NCBI GenBank assembly: GCA_047602425.1
Contig: JASGHG010000001.1
Span: 3,520,001-3,584,000, forward strand
Direction of reading: 5' to 3'
Source: Nibricoccus sp.
GTDB taxonomy: Bacteria > Verrucomicrobiota > Verrucomicrobiia > Opitutales > Opitutaceae
Length of the DNA stretch: 64,000 nt
This document shows, in pieces, positions 46,091 to 54,542 of this stretch (within the stretch, counting starts at the first letter, position 1; every line of letters begins with the position of its first letter). Made by a program: the position numbers and the translations under genes. The notes below the pieces were generated by a model. That model had not been told where the DNA came from. It did not search any database and saw only the letters and a program-made list of their open reading frames with translations.

Positions 46091-46500
46091 GTTGTGGGGT
46101 ATCTATATGTTGGAACTCCTGCATTCGGGGTGAACGCAGGAAGGGAGTTCCGCTGGCACGGATTTAGAGATGGCAAATAGCTAGGAAAGCAGGACGCTTT
46201 GCGGCGGGAAGCACAGGTGATGAATCCTATGCGGGGGTGGGCCGCAGGCGTAGCAGCGTGGTGGGTGGGTGGGGTGTGGGCTAAACTAAAAACGAGGTAT
46301 TGGGCCTTCGATGTTGACCAAGGCAAGCGGAATTTCATCCGCTCTGTTTACCTGTTTGTTGTTTGCGGTTACCACGAGATCGGTTGGATTTTCGCTCGAC
46401 AAACGCCGAAACATACCGAGTTCAAAGCCCGAGTCTGTCCCATCAGCACCCAAAATCTTCCGAGCACAGCTCGATGAAAATGGGAAGAACGCGGAAATAG

Positions 46501-46535
46501 AAAAACCCCTGACTCCGCAGAGATCAGAGGTTTTT
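46501..46535 (-). terminator. Terminator downstream of tRNA-Cys
   Basis: AAAAACCCCTGA...TCAGAGGTTTTT imperfect hairpin with A/T tails. Confidence 0.65.
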
Positions 46536-46540
46536 AAAAC

Positions 46541-46615
46541 TGGAGGCGCGGGTCGGAATTGAACCGACGCATAGAGGTTTTGCAGACCTCGGCCTTACCA
46601 CTTGGCTACCGCGCC
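46541..46615 (-). tRNA. tRNA-Cys(GCA)
   Basis: 75-nt cloverleaf GGCGCGG...GAGGT-CTGCAAA-ACCTC...CCGCGCC-TCCA. Confidence 0.95.
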
Positions 46616-46737
46616 GTGACAAGGAGGCGCAAGTTGAGAGAAAACCGTCGGGCGGGCAAGTACCGAAATTATTTTTCCCAACGGCGGGCGGCGGGACGCA
46701 GGCTTGCGCTGCAGCCTCACGCCACCAAAGTCGCCCC

Positions 46738-47559
46738 ATGATCGAAGTCAGGGACTTAACCAAGTGCTACGGCGAATTTACCGCGGTAAAGGAGCTGACC
46801 TTTACAGTGCAACGGGGTGAGGTGCTCGGATTGCTCGGTCCGAACGGCGCGGGTAAAACCACGACGCTGCGCTGCCTGACCGGCGTGATTCCCCCGACCC
46901 GTGGCTCGATTCATCTGGCGGGGTGCGATTTGGTAAAGGATCCGGTCACGACGAAACGTAACTTGGCCTTTTTCCCCGACGAACCGCGTCTTTTCGATCA
47001 TCTGAGCGTTTGGCAACATCTGGTCTTCACCGCGCGATTGTATCAGATTTCCAACTACGAACAGCGCGGGCGCGCATTGTTGGAGGAATTTGCGATCGCC
47101 GACAAAGCCGACGCGATGCCGGGCGAACTTTCGCGCGGCATGAAGCAAAAGCTGGCGCTGGCCTGCGGGTTATTACATGAGCCGCAGGTGGTGCTGTTTG
47201 ACGAGCCGCTCACAGGGCTCGATCCGGCGGGCATTCGCGGGATGAAGGACACGATGCGGCGACTGGTGCGAGAAGGTGCGTCGCTGATCCTGAGTTCCCA
47301 TCTGCTGAGTTTGTTGGAAGAAGTCTGCACGCATGTGTTGATTTTGAAAAATGGAAAGAAGGTGGCGGATGGTTCGTTGGACGATGTGCACCGGCGTTTT
47401 GCCGAGCATGCAGACGCGAGTCTGGAAGATATTTTCTTCAAAGTGACCGCGGCCACCACGCCTCCCATGCCCATCATCATGGGAGCAGGAATGCCGCCGC
47501 CGCTTCCGTTCACCAAACCAGGGGCCAGCGACAATCCCAGCTCCTCCGAAAAGCCATGA
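46738..47559 (+). CDS. ABC exporter ATP-binding protein
   Basis: GPNGAGKTT, LSRGMKQK, LFDEPLTGLD, SSH. Confidence 0.93.
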   Translation: MIEVRDLTKCYGEFTAVKELTFTVQRGEVLGLLGPNGAGKTTTLRCLTGVIPPTRGSIHLAGCDLVKDPVTTKRNLAFFPDEPRLFDHLSVWQHLVFTARLYQISNYEQRGRALLEEFAIADKADAMPGELSRGMKQKLALACGLLHEPQVVLFDEPLTGLDPAGIRGMKDTMRRLVREGASLILSSHLLSLLEEVCTHVLILKNGKKVADGSLDDVHRRFAEHADASLEDIFFKVTAATTPPMPIIMGAGMPPPLPFTKPGASDNPSSSEKP

Positions 47560-49310
47560 TCGGCGCGCTGGTTTATCTGCAGCTGACGTCGTTAAAAAAT
47601 GCATTGCTTGGACGCATCCGGCGTCTGCGCAATCCCCGGTACTTGTTCGCCGCGCTGGTGGGCGCGGCGTATTTCTATTTCTTTATTTTCCATCGTGGGG
47701 GAGGAGCCTCTCATCACGCGCCGCCCAATCCCGCTTTGGCCTCGCAGGGGCCGGTGCTGTTGGAATTACTGGGGGCCTTTGCGCTTTTTGTGGCAATGGC
47801 GCTTGCGTGGATCCTGCCCAACAGTCGCGCAGCCTTGGCGTTTACCGAAGCGGAGGTGGCACACCTTTTTCCGGCCCCAATACCTCGCAGGACACTCGTG
47901 CACTTCAAACTGCTGAAATCGCAGTTCTCGATCTTGCTTTCGATTTTGGTGCTCACACTGATCTCCAATCGATGGTCGTTCCTGGCTGGCGGGGTTTGGA
48001 TGCACGCGATCGGTTGGTGGTTGATTTTCTCGATTTACAATCTGCATCTGGTCGCGGCCTCGTTCGCGCGGGAGCGGCTTTTGCATTTTGGCATCAACGC
48101 CCTGCGGCGCCGTCTGATTATTTGCGGCACCCTGATTCTGCTTGGCGCTTGTACGTGGTTCCTGTTGCAGCGGTCAATACCCTTGCCGAAGGAGGACGAC
48201 ATGCAGGACATCGTTTCGATGCTGGATTACGTGAAGACGGTGTTGACGACTCCGCCGCTGGGGTGGGCGTTGATGCCGTTCCGACTCGTGGTGAGGCCGT
48301 TTTTGGCGACCGGTATGGCGGACTTTCTTTCCGCGGTCTGGCCTGCGCTTTTGTTGCTAGCGGCTCACTACATTTGGGTGTTGCGGTCCGACGTCGCGTT
48401 CGAGGAGGCCTCGGTGGCGCTCTCGCAAAAGCGCGCCGAAGCAGTTTCAGCCATGCGTGCGGGCAAGTGGTCGGGTCTTACTCCAAAGAAGAAACGCCGT
48501 GAACCGTTTGAACTTTCCCCCACGGGCATGCCGTCAGTCGCGTTTCTTTGGAAAGGGCTGATAACGGCCGGGCCATTTTATTATCCGAGATATTGGTTAT
48601 CAGCCGGCTTCGCGGTTATTGTCGCATTTATATGGTTTGGGCGCGATCCGAATTATCGACTGCTGGCCGGAGGCGCTTTTGTCGTCTGCACGGCGCTAGG
48701 CGGCTATGGTTTGCTTTTTGGGCCCGTGTTGGCGAGGCGTGGCCTGGCCTTGATGCTCGAACGCCTGGACTTGGCCAAGTCCTACCCGCTGCGTGGCTGG
48801 CAGATTGTTTTGGGGGAAATGATGTGTCCGGTCACGTTGCTCTGCGTATTTGAATGGATCGTCCTGACGCTGATGGCCGTGGCTGCCAGTTTTCTGCAAA
48901 CGAACGCGGAGCTCCCTCGCATGGTTTTGTTGGGAGGACTTGTTTCGGCCTGGCTGTTGATTGTGCCGCTCTCGGTCATGTTGTTCACGTTGAACTACGC
49001 CGGTGCACTTTTGTTTCCAGCCTGGATAAGCACCACGGTACAAACAGGCGGAGGTCTGGAGAAAGTGGGGCAACGGCTGATTTTTATGGCGGGCTATTTG
49101 ATTCTTTTGCTAGTCACTTTATTGCCCGCCGTGGTGTTCGGCGCGGTGCCGTTTTTTATAACCAAGTGGCTGTTCCAAAACCTCCCCTTGGCCATAGTAT
49201 TTGGCTCCTTGACCGCCTGCGCGGTGCTGGTGGGCGAGCTAGCGGCAGCACTGTGGTGGCTAGGGGAACGGTTCGAAAAATTCGACCTCTCGGCGGAACT
49301 GCCGCGATAG
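47556..49310 (+). CDS. Putative ABC exporter permease
   Basis: Many TM segments; ATGA overlap with the ATPase gene. Confidence 0.8.
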   Translation: MIGALVYLQLTSLKNALLGRIRRLRNPRYLFAALVGAAYFYFFIFHRGGGASHHAPPNPALASQGPVLLELLGAFALFVAMALAWILPNSRAALAFTEAEVAHLFPAPIPRRTLVHFKLLKSQFSILLSILVLTLISNRWSFLAGGVWMHAIGWWLIFSIYNLHLVAASFARERLLHFGINALRRRLIICGTLILLGACTWFLLQRSIPLPKEDDMQDIVSMLDYVKTVLTTPPLGWALMPFRLVVRPFLATGMADFLSAVWPALLLLAAHYIWVLRSDVAFEEASVALSQKRAEAVSAMRAGKWSGLTPKKKRREPFELSPTGMPSVAFLWKGLITAGPFYYPRYWLSAGFAVIVAFIWFGRDPNYRLLAGGAFVVCTALGGYGLLFGPVLARRGLALMLERLDLAKSYPLRGWQIVLGEMMCPVTLLCVFEWIVLTLMAVAASFLQTNAELPRMVLLGGLVSAWLLIVPLSVMLFTLNYAGALLFPAWISTTVQTGGGLEKVGQRLIFMAGYLILLLVTLLPAVVFGAVPFFITKWLFQNLPLAIVFGSLTACAVLVGELAAALWWLGERFEKFDLSAELPR

Positions 49311-49384
49311 CGAGAAGTTCGGCGGCGAAAAGCATTTGCCTTCCCTGTGCCATCGCCAAATTTTGGCTGCCACAAAATTTCCCA

Positions 49385-50533
49385 ATGCCCAAGAAAGTTT
49401 TTGTCACCGGTTGTTTCGATCTGCTGCACAGCGGCCACGTCGCCTTCATGAAGGAGGCTTCATCGTATGGGGATCTGTACGTCTGCATTGGCAGTGATGA
49501 GAACGTTTTTTCGCTGAAGGGGCGTTATCCGGTGAATTCACAAGACGAGCGCAAGTACATGATTGAATCGCTCGGCTGCGTGAAAGAATGCCGCGTAAAT
49601 ACCGGCATGGGCATCATGGATTTTCTCAATGAAATCCGCGATATTCAGCCCGACGTTTTCATCGTCAATCAGGATGGTTCGACCCCGAGCAAGGAGCAAC
49701 TTTGCCGCGAGCTCGACATTGAATATCACGTTTTGCGGCGCCTTCCCCACGGTGGGCTGCCGGTGCGAAGCACGACATCTCTACGCAACGAGTGCACAAT
49801 TCCTTTCCGTATAGATCTGGCGGGTGGTTGGTTGGATCAACCGTTTGTTTCCAAGTTTTCCCCGGGACCGGTGCTGACAATTTCCATCGAGCCATCCTAC
49901 GAGTTCAACAGCCGCAGCGGCATGGCCTCCAGTACCCGCGCGAAGGCCATTGAGCTTTGGCGCACGGCCTTGCCGCAGGGCAACAAGGAGCAAATCGCCA
50001 AGATCCTTTTCTCCTACGAAAACCCCCCTGGCACCAAGGAGGTCGCTGGGTCGCAGGATGCGATCGGCATCGTTTATCCAGGATTGAACCGCCTCGATTA
50101 CAACGGCGCGCATTGGCCCTACAAAATTGAGACGAACAACGACGAAGAGGTTCTCAGCTGGCTCGAAAGCCGCCTCTATCTCGTGTCGCTTGGACCGCGT
50201 GCTTCGGGCTACAGCGTACTGGCCGACACCAATATCACACCGGCAAAAGCCAAGGCGCTTTCCGACGCGGCCGAAACTTGCTGGCAAGCGATCGCGCGCA
50301 GGGAATCGGCCGCCTTTGGCAAGGCATTTACGGCCTCGTTGGAGGCGCAAGTGGCGATGTTTCCGCACATGTTGACCGACAATATTCGCGACCTGATCGA
50401 CACCTATCGCGGGGTCGCGCACGGCTGGAAACTCAGCGGCGCTGGTGGCGGTGGTTACCTCGTGCTTGTGGCTGACGAACCAATTAAAAACGCCATACAA
50501 GTCAAAATTCGCAGGCACCACGCGACGTTCTGA
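49385..50533 (+). CDS. Cytidylyltransferase-like nucleotidyltransferase fused to a GHMP sugar kinase
   Basis: GCFDLLHSGH (HxGH), STT; then PFRIDLAGGWLD, SGMASST, GSQD, KLSGAGGGGY. Confidence 0.85.
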   Translation: MPKKVFVTGCFDLLHSGHVAFMKEASSYGDLYVCIGSDENVFSLKGRYPVNSQDERKYMIESLGCVKECRVNTGMGIMDFLNEIRDIQPDVFIVNQDGSTPSKEQLCRELDIEYHVLRRLPHGGLPVRSTTSLRNECTIPFRIDLAGGWLDQPFVSKFSPGPVLTISIEPSYEFNSRSGMASSTRAKAIELWRTALPQGNKEQIAKILFSYENPPGTKEVAGSQDAIGIVYPGLNRLDYNGAHWPYKIETNNDEEVLSWLESRLYLVSLGPRASGYSVLADTNITPAKAKALSDAAETCWQAIARRESAAFGKAFTASLEAQVAMFPHMLTDNIRDLIDTYRGVAHGWKLSGAGGGGYLVLVADEPIKNAIQVKIRRHHATF

Positions 50534-50579
50534 GCATGCGAGGGAAGGCGCGATTGCACGGCGACAGCGTGTATTGTGC

Positions 50580-51059
50580 TTATTCCACCGATAGAATCTG
50601 TTGTTTTACAATGCGGCCCGCGGATTGCGTTGCGAGGGTTTCGCCAGCGTTTTTGCCAAGTAGCTGTCGGCCGAGCGGTGATTGTGGCGTGATCACGATG
50701 TAGTCGAGGCCGTCGCAGGTGATCTCAAGGCCGCCATTGCGCGGTCCGAGGAAATAGCGGAGTTTGCGTCCGGCGATTTCGAGTGTGACGACGGCGCCGA
50801 GAGTGATGGGTTGTTCTGCAGCGAGATTTGGGAGCGTCAGACTCTGGTAAAGCGCAATGCTTTCCTGCAATTCCGCGGCGAGCCGCGCCTGACCTTCGGC
50901 GAGGTACGCGGCTTCCTGCGAATGCGTATCGTACTTGTTCTCAGGTTTGCTTTCTTCGTGGGTCGCTTCGTCGCGGGCGAGCAGCGCGGCGCGAGTTTGG
51001 TTGTCGAGCTCGGTTCGGATTTTTTCAATGATGGCCTGACGAAGACGCGCTTTGTCCAT
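50580..51059 (-). CDS. GreA/GreB-like factor
   Basis: ENKYDT...EAAYLA coiled-coil tip, ITLGAVVTL, ITPQSPLGRQLLGK. Confidence 0.82.
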   Translation of the reverse strand: MDKARLRQAIIEKIRTELDNQTRAALLARDEATHEESKPENKYDTHSQEAAYLAEGQARLAAELQESIALYQSLTLPNLAAEQPITLGAVVTLEIAGRKLRYFLGPRNGGLEITCDGLDYIVITPQSPLGRQLLGKNAGETLATQSAGRIVKQQILSVE

Positions 51060-51089
51060 CGCGCGACAAAAGCGAACACCGGGCCCGAT

Positions 51090-51470
51090 TCAAGCGGACT
51101 CGCGCAGGGCAAGAAGTTGTTGCACGCGCTCGACGAGCTTTTTCGGGCTGAAGGGCTTAGTCACGTAATCGAGCGCCCCGAGTTCGAGGCCGAGATTGCG
51201 AGCGTCGGTGGTCGCCCACGCGGAAAGAATGACGATGGGGATTGTGGCGGTCGCGGGCTGGCGCCGGAGGATTTCGCAGATGCCAAAACCATCGATATCC
51301 GGCAACATGAGATCCAGGATGATCAAATCCGGCGGCCGATGGGCGATCGATTCGAGGGCAGCGCGGCCACTCGATGCGGTGATCACGTCGAACCCCGCCC
51401 GCGAAAGATGAAAATGGACGAGGTCGGTGACATCCCGCTCGTCATCAACGCTCAAAATGGTGGATGGCAT
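51090..51470 (-). CDS. Single-domain response regulator receiver
   Basis: VDDE, LDLMLPDIDG, DYVTKPF; no output domain. Confidence 0.92.
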   Translation of the reverse strand: MPSTILSVDDERDVTDLVHFHLSRAGFDVITASSGRAALESIAHRPPDLIILDLMLPDIDGFGICEILRRQPATATIPIVILSAWATTDARNLGLELGALDYVTKPFSPKKLVERVQQLLALRESA

Positions 51471-51679
51471 CCCTGAATTTTGGCTGTTTTGGGTGTCATT
51501 TGTGCGACGGAAGGGTCACAAATGAGTCAAACCACCCAAGTATGGACACATCCGCGGTTTCGCAGGCAAACTGCTGAAAAAAGAGTTAAAACACATTATC
51601 TTCCTTTTTATCTCGCGAGAATGCCCCGAATAAATAATTCAACTCTCTAGCTCAACGTACCTTAAAGTCACCCTTTTGC

Positions 51680-52570
51680 ATGGCTCGTAAAATTAGTTTC
51701 CTCAATTACAAGGGTGGTGTCGGCAAGACATCGCTCATTGTGAACATTGCTGCATGTCTGGCCAAAGAGGGTAAGCGCGTACTGCTTTTTGACTTCGATA
51801 CTCAGTCCAACGCGAGCATTTGGTTGTTGCGACTTGAGCGGTGGAACAAAATCAACACCTCCGGCGAAGGCGCGATCTACTCAATTTTTCAGCCCGGCAA
51901 GGCTCGCGTGAAGGATTTGATTATCCCTTCGGTGGTCGAAGGTAAGAACGGCGAAAAACTGCTTCCCACGCTCGATCTTGTTCCGACGACATTCAACCTC
52001 GTCGATCTCGAAAACGAATTCGAAATCAATCCGAAGCGTCCGCCCTACGTGATTTTTCAGGAGCAGATCGCGGAGATCGAGTCCAACTACGATTTCATCC
52101 TTTTCGATTGCCCACCGAATATCCTGCGAGCTTCGCAGTGCGGCATTTTCTGTTCGAACGAAGTGTACGTTCCTTCGAATCCCGACGCCCTCAGCTTGAT
52201 CGGCTTTACGCTCCTCATCGAAAAACTCGGCAAGTTCCACCAGCTGTCGGCCAGTTTCCGCACCGTTGAAATGGGCGTGCCTGCCCAAGTGCGCGGCATC
52301 ATTTTCAACTCGATCAAGACGAACGTCGACATCGAGGTGCCGAAGATGCGAATGCAGCTTCGCCTTAACCAATTTCGCACCGCCAGACGCGTTGCGCAAA
52401 GTGCCAAGATTTTCGAAAACCAGGTTCGCGATGCGATGGTTGTGCGCCGCGCCGTCACCCTCGGCCTGCCCGTCGCACTCGTCGGCCAGGAGGCGCAGCA
52501 GGAGGATAATGTCGCCCATGACTATCGCAAAGTCGCGAACGAGATTCTCACTCACTCGCCCGAAGTCTGA
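51680..52570 (+). CDS. ParA/MinD-family ATPase (orphan)
   Basis: NYKGGVGKTS deviant Walker A, DFDTQSNAS, FDCPPN. Confidence 0.9.
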   Translation: MARKISFLNYKGGVGKTSLIVNIAACLAKEGKRVLLFDFDTQSNASIWLLRLERWNKINTSGEGAIYSIFQPGKARVKDLIIPSVVEGKNGEKLLPTLDLVPTTFNLVDLENEFEINPKRPPYVIFQEQIAEIESNYDFILFDCPPNILRASQCGIFCSNEVYVPSNPDALSLIGFTLLIEKLGKFHQLSASFRTVEMGVPAQVRGIIFNSIKTNVDIEVPKMRMQLRLNQFRTARRVAQSAKIFENQVRDAMVVRRAVTLGLPVALVGQEAQQEDNVAHDYRKVANEILTHSPEV

Positions 52571-52590
52571 GCCCCTGTATCCAAAAATCC

Positions 52591-53625
52591 ATGACACCCG
52601 ATCCTGATCAATCCCTTCAAGCCGGCGGCGAACCGGCGAACGAGCTGCTCCGGCCGGAATGGGAGAAGGTCCGCCGTGCCTTTAAGAACTCCATCATGGT
52701 CGACACCGCGCTCAACAGCCTGGCGCAAAATCTCGACGGTCCCGACTGGCCCGTGAGCGGCGCGGACGAGACTCCTTCAAAATACATCGACCTTTCCTAC
52801 GACGAGCTCATTGCCACGCCCGGTCTTGCCGGACACCCGAAGCGCATTGAACTCCTGATTACGATTCTTCGCGAGACGCAGGCTTTCGACGATCCCTTTG
52901 GCGATATGGTTTCCGAAACCGCCGAAGTCGCCGACAAGGACAATCCCATCCTTAAGAACATGGCCAAGCTTGGCATTCCCGAGGATTTTCCGCTTTCGCT
53001 CGTGGCCCTCCTCCCGGAGACTCGCGACTACTGCAATCTCGAAAATCTCGTCACGCTGCGTGACTTCGCCCTTTTTGCGCAAAACCTCTCGCAAACCGTG
53101 GTGGTCAGCGGCGATTTTCGCGCTTTCCTGAACGCCCTCTCGCACATCGACGAAGCCACGCTGACGTTGTACATGCCTTTCCGCCCCGGCTCGAAAGGGC
53201 TGCATCTCCTCGAAGGCATTGCTCTCACGGTTCGTGCCCAAGCCGACGAAGTCCAAGCCGCCCTCGCTCAACGCTACGGCGCCCGACTTGGCACCAGCGA
53301 CATGGCTGCTGCCGCGCATGCTTCCAGTCTGGAGACGACCGCGATCGAGCAAATGCTCGCCCAGCAGGCCGCCGCCTACATCGAGTATTTTCAGGCCGAT
53401 CTCGCTGTCATGCAGCAACAGATCGACGACGGCGAACCTCTTAGCCGCATCGCCGCAGTCCTGCGGAGTCCTATTTTGGAGACCGTGGTTACCGGTTTGC
53501 TCAAACCCTACCTGCGCATGCTGGCGCCCGCCGCGCCTGCCCGCACGACGGCACCGCCGGTCGACGAGGCCGCTCCGGTTAAAAAACGTGGTTTCTTCAC
53601 GACCCTTGGTCGTTTCTTTAAATAA
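52591..53625 (+). CDS. Hypothetical protein with alphaCTD/HhH-like segments and a C-terminal amphipathic helix
   Basis: Long ORF with typical codon usage, 20 bp after parA; ends KKRGFFTTLGRFFK. Confidence 0.75.
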   Translation: MTPDPDQSLQAGGEPANELLRPEWEKVRRAFKNSIMVDTALNSLAQNLDGPDWPVSGADETPSKYIDLSYDELIATPGLAGHPKRIELLITILRETQAFDDPFGDMVSETAEVADKDNPILKNMAKLGIPEDFPLSLVALLPETRDYCNLENLVTLRDFALFAQNLSQTVVVSGDFRAFLNALSHIDEATLTLYMPFRPGSKGLHLLEGIALTVRAQADEVQAALAQRYGARLGTSDMAAAAHASSLETTAIEQMLAQQAAAYIEYFQADLAVMQQQIDDGEPLSRIAAVLRSPILETVVTGLLKPYLRMLAPAAPARTTAPPVDEAAPVKKRGFFTTLGRFFK

Positions 53626-53658
53626 TGCGGTGCTCGTGCCGATAAAATCAGGTTGTCC

Positions 53659-54375
53659 ATGTCGAATGAGCTCCCGCAGCAGCCGAAAGTGGTGATCAAA
53701 TTTCCGCCGCGCCCGCCCACAGAAAGGGCGTTGGTGCTGCCGCGGCGCCCCTTGCGGTCGCCCTTTGAAGTTTCGGAAGCGACAGCGGAAACCCAAAAGG
53801 CAATCGAAGCCATTCGCTCCGCCACGCGCAATCCGTGGGCAGACAGCAGCGGCAGTGGCGCGGCTAATCCGCTTCCTGAGCTGGAAAAATCCCTCAAGCA
53901 GCTCGCGACAAAACTCGAAGAGCGCGAACGTTTCCTGCAAGACCTTGAAGCCCGCCTAGCCGATCGCGAACGCAATCTCGCCGAGATGGAAACCCTGCTC
54001 AAGGCTCGCGAGTCGCTCCTTGAAGCCGCCAAAATGAAAAAGACTACGGGCGGCGATTCCCGACAACTCTCCAAGGAAGAACAAAACGCGCTCGAACAGC
54101 TGAAAGCCGAAGTCGAACGTCAGCAGCAGTCGCTCGAACAACAACGTGAAGCCCTGCACGAACGCGAAGCCTTCCTCGACGACAGTGAAAGCAAACTTTT
54201 CGAAAAAGTGCAGCAGCAGCAGGAAAAAGAAACCGAGCTTGAGCAACGCGAGGAAGACCTCGTGAAACGCGAACAACGCCTGCTCGAACGTGAGGCTGCG
54301 AACGATCCGAAACTCGCCGCCGCACTGGCTGCCGACAAAGCCGCGCGCAAAAAATTCAGCGATTTCAACGAGTAG
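53659..54375 (+). CDS. Coiled-coil protein with a Pro/Arg-rich N-terminus
   Basis: E/Q/R/L heptad-rich sequence (LEERERFLQDLEARLADRE, LEQREEDLVKREQRLLERE). Confidence 0.8.
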   Translation: MSNELPQQPKVVIKFPPRPPTERALVLPRRPLRSPFEVSEATAETQKAIEAIRSATRNPWADSSGSGAANPLPELEKSLKQLATKLEERERFLQDLEARLADRERNLAEMETLLKARESLLEAAKMKKTTGGDSRQLSKEEQNALEQLKAEVERQQQSLEQQREALHEREAFLDDSESKLFEKVQQQQEKETELEQREEDLVKREQRLLEREAANDPKLAAALAADKAARKKFSDFNE

Positions 54376-54542
54376 TTTCCCCGCGAGCTGACCGAAGTTC
54401 TGCTTTGCCGATTATGGCCCTTTAGACACGGGTTGGAGAATTTGTGCGGTGATTTGTTCAAAAACTGCAAATCTCCTTGATGGGGGTGCTATCTCACTCT
54501 GGACTGGCCGCAATGGAATCGGTACGTTTTCCCCTTTTTATC

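Noticed and set aside
48854..49384. N-terminal extension of the nucleotidyltransferase ORF
   Set aside because: Overlaps the ABC permease in another frame; the domain begins at MPKKVFVTGCFD (49385).
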